Assembly (NCBI RefSeq): GCF_030144855.1
Contig: NC_082732.1
Location: 30,938,001-31,002,000, forward strand
Source of the DNA: Hypanus sabinus
Taxonomy: Eukaryota
Direction of reading: 5' to 3'
DNA length: 64,000 nucleotides
Shown: in pieces, positions 50,014 through 62,724 of the stretch
Position numbering within the stretch: the first letter of the stretch is position 1
Layout of the letters: every line of letters begins with the position of its first letter
Position numbers and translations under genes: made by a program
Notes under the pieces: model-generated
What the model was told of the DNA's origin: nothing
Databases searched by the model: none
The model's input: only the letters and a program-made list of their open reading frames with translations

Positions 50014-50923
50014 GTAAGTGAACACCTCATTCATTCTAACCCTTTCTTTCCCCCACATGATTTCTCCACTACCCTCAGCTGCAGTGTATACAAAAGGATG
50101 AGTGGTTCACCGTGATTCATTGTCCATTTTCCTATTCGCTTTGCTCCCTGTTGGGATTTGTGGCTGTCTGGTATTTGTGTGGCACTATCCTTCATTCTAT
50201 CATCGCGCAATAACTTAGGGTCAGAAAGCAAACTAGTTGGTTTGTTGGGTGAGGTCGGAGCAATCAAAGAGCCTGGTTTTGACAGAGCAAGAAACTTCTA
50301 GATGCTGTTCAGTTTGTCAGGGTATCTCAAAGTACATTGTGCCCAGAGCAGTTCATTTATAATGTAGGAAAGGCAGCAACATACTGTAAGGTCCCACGTG
50401 CATCCAGGTGATGACCAGATCAACTACTTTGGTAATGTGTTTTTGGAATTTGTATTTGTATTTGGAATTTTCAAGGCACTGAGTAGGATCTCCCATTGTT
50501 CCTTCAAGTAAGAGTCATGGGATCTCTCCCACCACTTCAATGCAAAGTCTCATCTGAAAAACTGTTCCTTCAGTGCTGTATTACATTGCCAGACTGTGTT
50601 CCCTAGAATCGGATTTTAGTGCACCTGACTGAATCATAACTTTGTTTTCCTAACTCTTGCCATGGAAGTTTAGGTCACCATTCAGTAGTTACTCAGAATG
50701 AGACAATTGAAATTAAGAGCTTATCACACGGGGAGTCGTAGGTGCACTTAATCAGCTCCACGCCAGGGAAAAAGGCTCAAGTCAAACTTGTGGTTCAGCT
50801 TTTTAAAAAAAGTCTGCGGGTAATAATTGGCAGATGGGTATAACAGGTAAAAATACTGTAGATATTCCCATTTAATGAAGCAGCTGCAATAACAAACAAT
50901 CTTACTTTCTCATTCTTACCCAG

Positions 50924-51058
50924 CCCACGACACAGGCCTTGTGACTCTACAGGTTGCCTTCAATAGTCAAATCATCTCAAACTCCGTCGTCTTTGAGTAC
51001 AAAGCCCGGGCTTTGCCAACTCTTCCCACATCCCAGCACGACTGGCTATCATTGGATG
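50924..51058 (+). CDS. CAMTA1: CAMTA1 coding exon (135 nt), end of TIG/IPT domain
   Basis: cattcttacccag|CC CAC GAC ... TTG GAT G|gtatgt. Encodes (A)HDTGLVTLQVAFNSQIISNSVVFEYKARALPTLPTSQHDWLSLD. Phase 1/1. Not in the ORF track. Confidence 0.96.
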
Positions 51059-51846
51059 GTATGTAGCTCTCTTCACGGCCTGATAATGTCGTGTCAATGA
51101 GGTTAACATCTTGTTTGGATGGATTGTTCTGCATTTGCCTTGATAGCTTTTTATTAGAAAGGTTTTGTTGCATAGCAAATATCATGAACTTGCTGAATGT
51201 CCAGAGTTGCATTTGATTTTATTGACTGACGTGTATTCAGTCAGCACATTTACATCCTAAGGATATCCGGTGACTCTTGTTGAAGCATTATACCATATGT
51301 ACAGGTTTTCATATTCAGCAAGGGTTCCAGCACTGTTCAAGAGATAAGGTAAGCTAGGAAATTTGCCTATTTTCAAATAAAAATAATTCTGAAGGTGATT
51401 AGTTTTCAGGATGAAACTCCTGAAGTGTTTAACTTTAGGACTATGAACTGCTTTAATGAGTCTTGTACCGATTGTGTTCATGCACTGGAAAATGCAAAGA
51501 CTTCCTTTGGAATTTTGGGCATAATCTAGATATAGAGAAACAAAAAAAAATAGTGATGCAACTTACAGAAGACTACATAAATCAAACACAATACTAGGCT
51601 TAATTCGTGAAGAGATAGAACTGAAAAGTGGAGATATTACCCTAAATATCTAGTTTACTTTTAGTTTATACTTACATTACAATATGGATAGTGATACTGA
51701 TGAAGCCTCAAGCATGGAATCAAAGTTGAGAAGTATACCTTTAAGGCAATAAAGAAGGCAATAATAAGAATATGGAAAGATTTGTAAAAGTAAACAGAGG
51801 TGATATTTCAATATGTGGAGGAAGACCAAAATTGGGACTAGACTTC

Positions 51847-53030
51847 CAATAGACAATAGACAATAGGTGCAGAAGTAGACCATTCGGCCCTTCGAGCCTG
51901 CACCGCCATTTTGAGATCATGGCTGATCAATTACTATCAATACCCTGTTCCTGCCTTGTCCCCATATCCCTTGATTCCCCTATCCATAAGATACCTATCT
52001 AGCTCCTTCTTGAAAGCATCCAGAGAATTGGCCTCCACTGCCTTCCGAGGCAGTGCATTCCAGATCCCCACAACTCTCTGGGAGAAGAAGTTTTTCCTTA
52101 ACTCTGTCCTAAATGACCTACCCCTTATTCTCAAACCATGCCCTCTGGTACTGGACTCTCCCAGCATCTGGAACATATTTCCTGCCTCTATCTTGTCCAA
52201 TCCCTTAATAGTCTTATATGTTTCAATCAGATCCCCTCTCATTCTCCTTAATTCCAGCGTGTACAAGCCCAGTCTCTCTAACCTTTCTGCGTAAGACAGT
52301 CCAGACATCCCAGGAATTAACCTCGTGAATCTACGCTGCACTTCCTCTACAGCCAGGATGTCTTTCCTTAACCCTGGAGACCAAAACTGTACACGATACT
52401 CCAGGTGTGGTCTCACCAGGGCTCTGTACAAATGCAAGAGGATTTCCTTGCTCTTGTACTCAATTCCCTTTGTAATAAAGGCCAACATTCCATTAGCCTT
52501 CTTCACTGCCTGCTGCACTTGCTCATTCACCTTCAGTGACTGATGAACAAGGACTCCGAGATCTCTTTGTATTTCTCCCTTACCCAACTCTACACCATTC
52601 AGATAATAATCTGCTTTCCTGTTCTTACTTCCAAAGTGGATAACCTCACACTTATTCACATTAAACACCATCTGCCAAGTATCTGCCCACTCACTCAGCC
52701 TATCCAAGTCACCCTGAATTCTCCTAACATCCTCATCACATGTCACACTGCCACCCAGCTTATTATCATCAGCAAATTTGCTGATGTTATTTTTTATGCC
52801 TTCATCCAAATCGTTAACGTAAATGATAAACAGCTGTGGTCCCAATACCGAGCCCTGTGGCACCCCACTAGTCACCACCTGCCATTCCGAGAAACACCCA
52901 TTCACCGGTATCCTTTGCTTTCTATCTCCCAACCAGTTTTCTATCCATGTCAATGCCTTCCCCCCGATGCCCTGAGCTTTGATTCTACCCACCAATCTTC
53001 TATGTGGGACCTTATCAAATGCCTTCTGAA
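51847..53030 (-). mobile_element. Young CR1 (HER1-like) LINE 3' fragment with uninterrupted RT C-terminal ORF
   Basis: 352-aa ORF: [55 protein letters not shown]. Frame extends to FQKAFDKVPH. Tail (tattgtc)n. Confidence 0.95.
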
Positions 53031-53039
53031 AATGCCTTT

Positions 53040-54500
53040 CAACTCAGAATTGGGCTTATTATCACTGATGTATATGAAATTTGTTGTCTTGCAGCAAGAG
53101 TGCAGTGCAAAACAAAAATTAGTACAAAATTACAAATAGACAGAGCAAAGGAGGAAAAGCAAGGTAGTGTTCATAGTTTCATGCACTGTTCAGAAATCTG
53201 ATGGCAAAAAGGAAGAAACTGTTCCTAAAATGGTGAGGGTGGGTCTTCAGGCTCCTGTACCTCCGCTCTGATGGCAGTACTGAGAACTGAGCATGTCCTG
53301 GATGGAAAGGGTCTTTAATAATGGATGTCACCTTCTTGAAGCACCACCTTTTAAAGATATCATTGGTAGTAGGAAGGGTCTACAACCCTCACAGCCTCTT
53401 TTGATACTGTATATTGAAGTCTCCATATGAAGCAGTGATGCAGCCAGTCAGAATGCTTTCCGCCACACTTCTGTAGAAATTTTCTAGTATCTTTGTGACA
53501 TTCAAGGTCTCCTCAAACTCCTAATGAAGTATAGCTACTGGCACGCCTTCTTCATGGTTGTATCGATGCGTTGGGCCGAGAATGGATCCTTTGAGATGTT
53601 GTTGCCCAGGACCTTGAAACTGCTTCCCCTTTACAGTGCTGACCCCTAAATGAGGACTGGTGTGTGTTCTCCCAACTTCCCCTTGCTGATTCCACAAACG
53701 ATTCCTTGGTCTTGTTGATGTTGAGTGCAAGGCTGTTGCAGTACCACTCATCCAGCTGATTTATCTAGCTCCTGTACGACTCCTCATCACCATCTAAGAT
53801 TCAGAAGTGTCGTCAATGAATTTATAGATGTTGTTGAGCCTAGCCATACAGTCATGAGTTTAGAGAGAGTAGAGCTGCAGGCTAAGCACACCTCCTTGAG
53901 GTATGCCTATGTTGATTGTCTGCTGGAATTTATTACTGATCCCCACTGACTGGTCTCTTGATGAGGAAGTGTAGGTTCCAGATGTAGAGGGAGGCACAGA
54001 GACCCAGATTTTAAAGCTTCTTGAGGGATGATGGTGTTGAGTGCCCAACTGTAATTGATCCAACAGCAGCATGGTGTAGATATTGCTGTTATCCAATTGT
54101 TCCAAAGCAGAGTTCAGAGCCAGTAAGATTCCATTTGCTATAGAGTTGTTGTGGGGGTAGGGAAGTCACAGTGGGTCCAGGTACTTGCTCAGGCCAGAAT
54201 TAATTCTAGCCATGACCAACCTCTTAAAAGCACTTCATTGCAGGAGATGTGAATGCTAACAGGCTATTGTCATTGAAGCAGCTCACCCTGTTTTTGGGTA
54301 CTGGTATGATTGATGCCCTCTGCAGCAGTGAGAGGTTGAACACTCCAGCCAGGAGTGGTCAGCACACTTTATTATTACCCTGTCAGGTACACCATCTGGA
54401 CCTTAACACTTTGTGAAGGTTCATCCTCTTAAAATGATGTTGTGATGTCAAGATCCAAGACAGAGATTGCAGGTTCACCTGATGCTGTGGGGATTCCCAA
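53040..54500 (-). mobile_element. Rex1-type LINE 3' part, degraded
   Basis: EQLDNSNIYTMLL, INIGIPQGGVLSLQLYSL, and attaaagacccttt.catccagga (IKDP.HPG) on the minus strand. Confidence 0.85.
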
Positions 54501-54510
54501 GGGTGTAGTG

Positions 54511-55107
54511 TTTCAAAGGTACATTTAATGTTAGAGAAATGTATACAATATACATCCTGAAATGCTTTTTCTTCGCAATCATCCACAAAAACAGAGGAGT
54601 GCCCCAAAGAATGAATGACAGTTAAATGTTAGAACCCCAAAGTCCCCCCCCCCAGCTCCCCTCCCTCCTGCATGTAAGCGGCAGCGAGCAACGATCCCCC
54701 CTCCCCCCACCAGCAAAAAAAGCATCGGCACCTGCCACTGAGCATTCAAGCGTGCAGCAAAGCAATAGCAAAGACACAGACTTGCAGAACCCCAAAGACT
54801 ACTCGTTCACCTGGTATTCGACATACCACAGGCTCTCTCTCTCTCTCCCTGATAAGGGAAAAAGAAATGTCCCCATTTCACAGTGAGAGGGGGAACATAA
54901 TAAACAACTCGCTGATTTATGATGTTAAAAGTCCATTGCATCGCTTTTTCCAAGCTCTGTGCCCAAAGATCTTAGGTTTCTGGGCACTCAGTCATAGATC
55001 TTCCAATTCCCACTACACATTGATCTTCAGCTGGGACACCGACCTTCAATCCTCCCATCTCCAGAGCCACGAGATCTCGGACCTCCGAAGGCGAGCTGAG
55101 CCCTTGG
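54511..55107 (-). repeat. Unclassified CpG-retaining interspersed repeat (probable retroelement 3' end)
   Basis: Sharp compositional change between the Rex1 and Penelope fragments. Minus-strand end attaaatgtacctttgaaa. Partial second copy at 13728-13848. Confidence 0.6.
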
Positions 55108-55112
55108 GCTCT

Positions 55113-56222
55113 TAGGGGAAGGAGAAGAGCTAGAAAGTGATAGGTGAAGCCAAGTGCTTGGGAAAGGTAAAGGGCTGGAGAAGAAGGAATCTGATAGGTG
55201 AGGGGAGTAGACCATAGGAGAAAGGGAAAGGAGGAGGGAACCCAGAGGGAAGTGATAGGCAGGTGAGAAGCCACAGTGGGCAATAGCAGAAGAGGGGAGG
55301 GGTAGAGAAAAAGAAAGGAGAAATTTGATATTCATGCCGTCAGGTTGGAGGCTATCCATACAGAATATAAGGCGTTGCTCCTCTGCCCTGAGGGTGACCT
55401 CATCTTGGCTCAAGAGGAGGCCGTGGACTGACATGTCGGAACGGGAATGGTAATCTGAATTAAAATAAAATGTTTGCCCATCAGGAAGTTCCATTTTTGA
55501 CAGATAGAGCAGAGGTACCCAGGAAAGTCATCCCCCAATTTACAATGGGTTTCACCAATGTAGAGGAGGCTGCATTGGGAGCACTGAGCGCAATAGATGA
55601 CCCCAACAGATTCACAAGTGAAGTGTTGCCTCACCTGGAAGGACTGGTTGGGACCCTGAATGGAAGTGAGGGAGGAGGGGAATGGACAGGTGTAACACTT
55701 GGGCCGTTTGCAGGGTTAAGTGCCAAGATGGAGATTAGTGGACCAGGGAATTGAGGAGGGAGCAATCCCTGCAGAAAGCAGAGAGGGGTGAGGAGGTAAA
55801 GGTACGTTTAGTGGTAGGATTCCTTTGAAGATGGTGGAAGTTGCAGAAGATGATATGTTGCATGCGGAGGCTGATGGGGTGGTAGGTAAGGACAAGGGGA
55901 ACTTCCACTGTTAAGGCAGTGGGAAGATGGAGAGAGCATGAAGGTCAGGGAAATGGAAGAGATGCAGAATCAATAGTGAAGGAAGGTGAACCCCATTCTT
56001 TGAAGAAGGAGGACATCACTGATGTCCTGGAAAGGAAGGCCGCATTCTGAGAACAGATGCAGTGGAGGTGAATGAATGGTGAAAAGGAAATAGTGTTTTT
56101 ACAGGAGAAAGGGTGGGAAGAGGTATAGTCAAGATGATCGTGGAATCGATAGATTTATAAAAGATGTCAGTTGACAGTTTGTCTCCAGAGATGGAGACAG
56201 AGCGTTCGAGAAAGGGGAGGGA
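55113..56222 (-). mobile_element. Penelope-like element fragment: RT C-terminus and GIY-YIG endonuclease (frameshifted)
   Basis: RQHFTCESVGVIYCAQCSQCSLLYIGET (GIY-YIG with CxxC), SDMSVHGLL..EEQRLIF..LQPDGMN, and upstream LPFLE.SVSISGDKLSTDIFYK. Confidence 0.9.
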
Positions 56223-56889
56223 AGAGGAATATCTAACTACTTATTTACTTCTTATTGTTATTTAGTGTACTTTTATGTCTTACAATGTACTACAGCCACA
56301 AAGCAATAAATTTCACAGCATATTTCAGTGATAATAAACTTGGATGAAACCTTTTGATACAACTTCAGGACTTAAGCAAGAAATTAAGAGGGCAAAAGGT
56401 GTCAAGAAATATTTTTAACAAATAATATACTGGAGAATCCCGAGGGATATGTAAGTTTCAGGTATGATAGAGGGAATGCAAAAGAGAAGGGAGAGAAGGC
56501 AGAAGGCTTAAAGTAGTGGGAAATTTTAATTTTCCCAGTATTGAGTGGGATTACTTGATGGGGCAGAATTTAAGTCTGTCCAAGGAAGTTTTTTGAGACA
56601 ATGTGCAGACAGTCTATGAGAGACGGGCAATATTTGACCTTATCTGATAACATGGAACTGAGCAGAAGGTGCAAGTGTTGGTGAGGGATTATTCTAACCA
56701 TAATTTTAAGTTTCAAGGTAGTTATGGAAAGGGGATAGACTAGTCCTTCAATTAAGATCCTGAAGTGAGTACATACTTATTTCAGTAGTGTAACAGAACA
56801 CCTGGGAGAACCAGATTGGACATTGCAAGAAACAGGACAGTTGACATGGGAGTCTTTTAATGGGGTTATAAGAATTCAAAGACAATGTG

Positions 56890-58032
56890 CAAATTGAGGA
56901 AGGTAAGGTAGTGGATATGGTGTGTATAGATTTTTCGTAAGATACTCGACAAGGTTCCCCATGGTAGGCTCATTCAAAAAGCCATGAGACATTGGTTCCA
57001 TGTAAACTTGGCTGTGTGGATTGAGAATTGGCTTACGACAAAAGGTGGTAGTAGATGGAGGGTATTCTGCCTGTAGGTCAGTGTAGGTGCTCTGCAAGAA
57101 TCTGTTCTGGGACCCCTGATCTTTGTGATTTTTATCAACGACTAGAATGAGGAAAATGGAAGGGTGGATTAATAAGCTTGCAGATGACACAAAGGTTTAT
57201 GGTGTTCTGGTCAGTGTGGAAGGGATATGGACAGGATGCAGATCTAGGCAGAGAAATGGCAGGTGGATTTCAGTCTAGTAAAGTGTGAAGAGTGATACAC
57301 TTTGGAAGAGTACAAGGTTAATAGCAGGATTATTAGCAGTGTGGAGGAACAGAAGAATTTTGGGATTCAAGTCCATAAATCCCTCAAAGTTGCCATGCGA
57401 ATTGATAGGGTGGTTACCAAGGCCTATGGTGTGTCGGCCTTCGTTATTTGGGGGACTGAGTTCAAAAGCCACAAGGTTATGTGGTAGCTCTATAAAACTC
57501 TGGTCAGACCACACTTCAAGAATTGTTTTCAGTTCTGTTTGCCTCAATATACAAGAAGGATGGGGAAGCATAGAGAAGGTGCAGAGGCGATTTACAAGGA
57601 TGCTGCCAGGGATAAAGAACATGTCTTACAGGGAAAGGTTGAGTGAGCGAGGGCTTTTCCATTTGCGGTGGAGAGGGGTGAGAGGCATAAACAGTAGCTA
57701 GCTAGCCAGCACCTTTATCCCAGGGCAGCAACGGCTATTACCAGATAATGTCCATTTAAGGTAAGTGGAGGAATGTGTAAGGGAAATGTCAGAGGAAGTT
57801 TCTTTTGTTTTTCTTTACTATACAGAACGGTAAGTGCCTGGAATGCACTGTTGGGGATGATGGAAGAGCCTGATACAATAGGGACACTTAGACACATAGA
57901 TGTCATAAAAATGGAGGGTTATGGGCTGTGTAGTGGGAGAGGGTTAAATTGATTATGGAATAAGTTTATATAGATCAGTATAACACTGTGTGCCGAAGGG
58001 CTCATACTGTATTGTATTGTTCTATGTTCTAA
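56890..58032 (+). mobile_element. CR1-clade LINE 3' part
   Basis: KLADDTKV, VEEQKNFGIQVHKSLKVA, IEKVQRRFTRMLPGI. Tail tgttctatgttcta. Confidence 0.88.
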
Positions 58033-58044
58033 TAGATGTTATGG

Positions 58045-59472
58045 GGACATAACAGTCAGTAAATTCCCAGGGCCAATTGAGATCTCACCCAAGTTATCTT
58101 GGGAAGAAAGGGAGGAGATCGCTGGGGCCCTGGCAGAAAGTTTTGCATCTTCGTCAGTCACTGCTAAGAAACCAGAAAACTAGGAAAGCTAATGTTCTTT
58201 TTATTTGAGAAAAGCAGCAAGATAAGCCAAGTAACTACAGGCTGGTGAACCTACGTCAGTGCTAGGGTAACTCCTGGAGAAAATCCTAAGGCCTAAGATC
58301 TATGTACAATTGGAAAGCCAGAGGCTGATCAGCAATAGTTAGCAGTCTTTGTGCAGGGGAGATCCTGCCTCACTAATCTGATCGAGTTTTTCGAAGAGAT
58401 AATAAAGAAGATTAAATGAAGGCAAAAGAGTAGACAGTTTCTTATAAACTTTAAAGCATTTGACAAGACCCCACCAGGTAGGTTGTTCCATGAGATTACA
58501 AACATGGTATTCCAGGCAAGCTGGCTAATTGCATCTAAAGCTGGCTTGGCGATAGGAAGCATAGGGTGATGGTGATTATTGGTCATCTGAAAACTGTGGT
58601 GTACTGCAGGAATCAGTGCTGGAACCCTAATTTGTAATAAGTTCAAGGAGATGCATTTTGGAATTCAAACAAGGGTTGGATGTTTACTGTAAATGGTAGG
58701 GTGCTAAGCCCAAAGTTCTGTGGAAGTGGTAGATAGGGTACTGGAAAAAGGTATATGGCATGCTACATCTTTGAGCTGATGCATTTGGGAAGTCAAATTG
58801 GGATAGGGCATATATAGTAAATGGCAAGGTGCAAAGTCAACAGTCCATAAACCCATAGTCTGAGGTGAAAAATGAAAAGCTACATTCCTTCATGGATCAG
58901 GGTATAGAATATAAAAGTAGTGACGCTATGTTGCAACTTTACAAAACACTATTTTACCACAGTGAGAGTATTGTGCACATTTCTGGTGACCAAATGACAA
59001 GAAAGAATGTTGTTACACGGGAGAGCATGCAACAGCATGTTGCCTGGATTGAAGGACTTCAGTTTTTGGGGAGAGTTTGGATAGGTTGGGTTTGTTTTCC
59101 CTGGAGCAAAGGAGGCTGAGGGGTGATCTAAAAGAAGTATATAAAATTATAAGAGGCACAATTGAGTCAGATAGTGATAATCTTTTCCAATGATATTAAA
59201 AATCAGAAGCTGTTTAAGGTGAGGAAGGGATTTTAAAGGGGATTTAAGGGGAAAAGTATTTCTACAGTGATTGCTATCTGGAGCTCACTGCCAGAAGAGG
59301 TGGTGGAGTGAGGTGCAACCTGTTTAAAATATGCTTAGACAAGCACCTAAGCTAGATATAGAAGGATGTGGACCTAATGTGGACAAATGGTTTAGTTTAG
59401 AAGGGCAGAAAGGTTAGAATGGAGGTGATGGGATGAAGAGTCCATATCAGTGCGCACTGCTCTAACTTATGT
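58045..59472 (+). mobile_element. CR1-clade LINE pieces, heavily degraded
   Basis: NYRLVNL, SCLTNLIEFFEEI, FKAFDK, GIEYKSSDAMLQLYKTL. Confidence 0.8.
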
Positions 59473-60564
59473 TTTAGAACTTGTCGGATCACTGTGACTA
59501 CTCGTCTGTATTGCAATGTTGAAAATGTAGCCACGGACTTCTCCTTACAATTCAGGCTTTTCAGCCAAGTATATACATGCTGTACAAAGTCTGTACTTTG
59601 TATTATTGTTATCCCACCCTTCTTCCTCTCAACTACCAGAATAAACTACTGAACCTGCTCTAAGAATTATCCCCAAGTGAACCATTGACACCTGCTTCTC
59701 TTTAGATGGAAAACAGTGAAATTTGGCAGATTCAACTTCAGCAGTCTTTACACAGACAAAATAGTATATGTTAGGGGGAGTTAACTATAGAACACCTCCT
59801 AGTATGCTCTACAGCATCATATTGCATTGTCCAAGAGTTGACAAGACAACTCTGGAAATCAGCCTAGAAATCTTTTCACAATGCTGAAACAAAAACAGTA
59901 CAGTGCAGTTGAAAACATCCAAGATGCATTGCCTTGAATCAGATTCCAGGAAGAATCTCAAGGGCAATTGTACACAGACCAGGAAGAGTTTTTACAAGGT
60001 TATTGGGGAAAATTAAGGTTGTTGACTATAACTAGGCATTCTCTCTAGACAGCTGTAACAGGCATGATGGACCAAATAGCTTCCTTTTCACTGTAAGATT
60101 CTACTTACTGTCCAGTAATGATGAGGCACTTAATAGTATAGGGGTTTTCATTAACTGTTCACAATATCACAGACCTACAATCTTCTGCTTGGCACTGTAG
60201 CTTGCCAAACCTGGTCATGATGGAGAAGGTAGTAGTTTTAATGGGCTTCACTCTAACTCCACATCCAAATGTAGAGAGATGTCAGTCTTGTAGATCTCAG
60301 CAGAAATGACAGTATTCAGTCTGCCCTTCAATCTATACAGTCAAAGCACAGCCCCCTTGTGTAGTCAGTTTAGTGAATATAGGGTTTAGTCAACTAAAGC
60401 CACGCAATAGAAATTAGAAACGAGAATGCAAAAGTGAGTGTCTTCACAGCCAGTGCTCAATTTGTTGTTTTAGACTATTGACATAAATAAAATCAACTCC
60501 CTTGGATGAGAACATATTTAGCAAGGTTTGGCAAATATCAGCCTGATACCACTCCTTGTGATGG

Positions 60565-60822
60565 TAGTTGAGGGATGAATATTGGCCAGGACACGGGGTA
60601 ATTATTCTGCCCTTCTGTGAAAATACTTCTGAGGGATTTATTATGTTACCCTGTACTTCTGTTTAATACCTCATATAAAGGACAACACCTTGACAAAATA
60701 GTACTCCTTCAATATGATATTGGGGTGGCAGTCTAGATATTTTTGTGTTCCGGTCTCTAGAATGGGACTGGAAATTATCACCTTCTGACTCAGGCAAGAG
60801 TGCTTCCAGTTAGGTCACAGGA
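60565..60822 (-). mobile_element. Deu-SINE (SacSINE1-like) remnant, best-preserved copy
   Basis: gttgagggatgaatattggccaggacac..tttaatacctcat..agtactcc..tgggact..ccttctgactcaggcaagagtgct. Confidence 0.65.
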
Positions 60823-62724
60823 GGCACTTCTGTGCCGGTAGATATGTATCCTTCAGAGCAAGTGAATAGAAAGCTGGAGCAAAACTATTTCAGGGATCTT
60901 ATTGCTGGTGCTAATTATCCAGAGATCTTTGGTGATTGACAGAAGCTCAGCTACTCAGCCGCAATGTGTGATGAGGAACTAGGGCACTTTAAAAAACACC
61001 AGTATTTCTGGGTGGTGAGTGGGGCATGGAAAACAATCTGATGGGACATCCACTTCACAACTTTTTTTGGTCCTTCAAATGGAAAGGAGAGTGGTCTGAA
61101 AGGTTGTGTCATTTATCTCATTGTGCAATGTTTCCAGATGTTTGGTGATCATTAATTGTCAGTCTACATACCCCCTCTTCTGATTCACAAAAACTTCTTT
61201 AAAGCACTGGGCACAAAAGAGATTATATTGATAGGGGCTGCTTTCAAAAGCTGTTTCTAAATTGCGGCCTCAGAAATGCTGTTAGTTGAATTCTTTCGTA
61301 TGCTATATTTTGAAAACAGTTGAAATCTCATGACAGAACTGTTCCTGAATCATTTGAAAAGAGCCTTTTTGTGTGAACAGGTTGAATAATGTACTCCATA
61401 TGTCTTTTCTCCAAAGGCTTCCTAATAGTATACCTCTATACCTTAATCTTTCATGCTTGATGTCATGCCAGTCATTTATCTCCATTAAGAAACATTTGGA
61501 CCAGAAGATAGTCATGATTTCTTTAACGGCATTATGAAGCTCCCTTGTTTTTTGGACAGACTTGCTCCAGGAGATAAGGTTTGACAATTAACCCATAACT
61601 TTCCAAGATCTGCAACATATCATTCAAGTGTTACACTCAAAACAAGTGTGGAAATAACCTACACTGGCCATTATTGAAGTTATTTGAATCAAGATCTGGA
61701 ACACTTAAATCAAGTATTTAAGTTCTTAAACAAATTAATGGTCTTTTGTGAATACAAAGCGTTTTTATATAATTTTTGCAGTTTTATATCATTTTCCTGC
61801 TTATAATCATTTATGAGCCCATCCACCACTTATAACATGCAGGTATTGCAAACAATTCAAAGGGGAAATGTGTTGACTGTTACAAAAGATTGTGGAGCAA
61901 GAATAAAGTAGGCTTTCTACAGTAGTGAGGAACTATGATGGAATATCCTTGTGGAAATCTGATCTCCATACCCAAGAAGAGACTTGCCTTAAACTTAATG
62001 CAACACAGATCCATAAAATCAATTTCTGTGATATGGACTGTTGCCTTTTGATGGAACTGAATAAGATTGGCAGATGCAAGTTGAAGTCTGAAGAATGACC
62101 AGTGCTTTTAATGAAATATGGAATTCTGAAAGGGATAACTTAGGTGTAAGAAGCTGTTTCTTCAGAATGGAGAATAGAATTAAGAAGTTTAGTCTCAGGA
62201 TAATAGATTGGCCACTTCAGACTTATGAAGAGAACATTACTCGAGATTATAAATCTTCAGAATTTGTGAAAACTCAGGTATTTACAGGGTATGGGGATCA
62301 GCTAGAAATTTGGAATTGAGATAAAGCATCAACAACAATGTTATTGAACCATAAAGCAATCTCAAGAGGCTACAAGGCCTGCTCTTGCTTCTTTCCTGTA
62401 TTCTTCTTCTCATTTGTTTGCACAATTAAAAAAATAACTCTGTAATACCTAACATACAGCCAATGGGGACATGAGTAATTAGTCCACTCCTTCAAACCGG
62501 TCCCCACATTGCAGCCTTTCTGTATCTTAACTCCATATCCTTTAATATCACCACCATCTACCTTCCCTCTAACTTTTTCTACAATTCCATTCCCCTCTCT
62601 CATTTTGTGAAGTATTTCTTCATACAATTCCTGATCAATCCAGTTCTAATATTCAAAACTAAGCTCCTCATCTTATTCTAGGTCCTCTACACCAGGGCAA
62701 TAATATTTTTTTTTACAGCAACTT

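Noticed and set aside
51911-53139. Plus-strand ORFs (127 aa and 198 aa) opposite the CR1 RT
   Set aside because: They are antisense shadows of the LINE ORF2.
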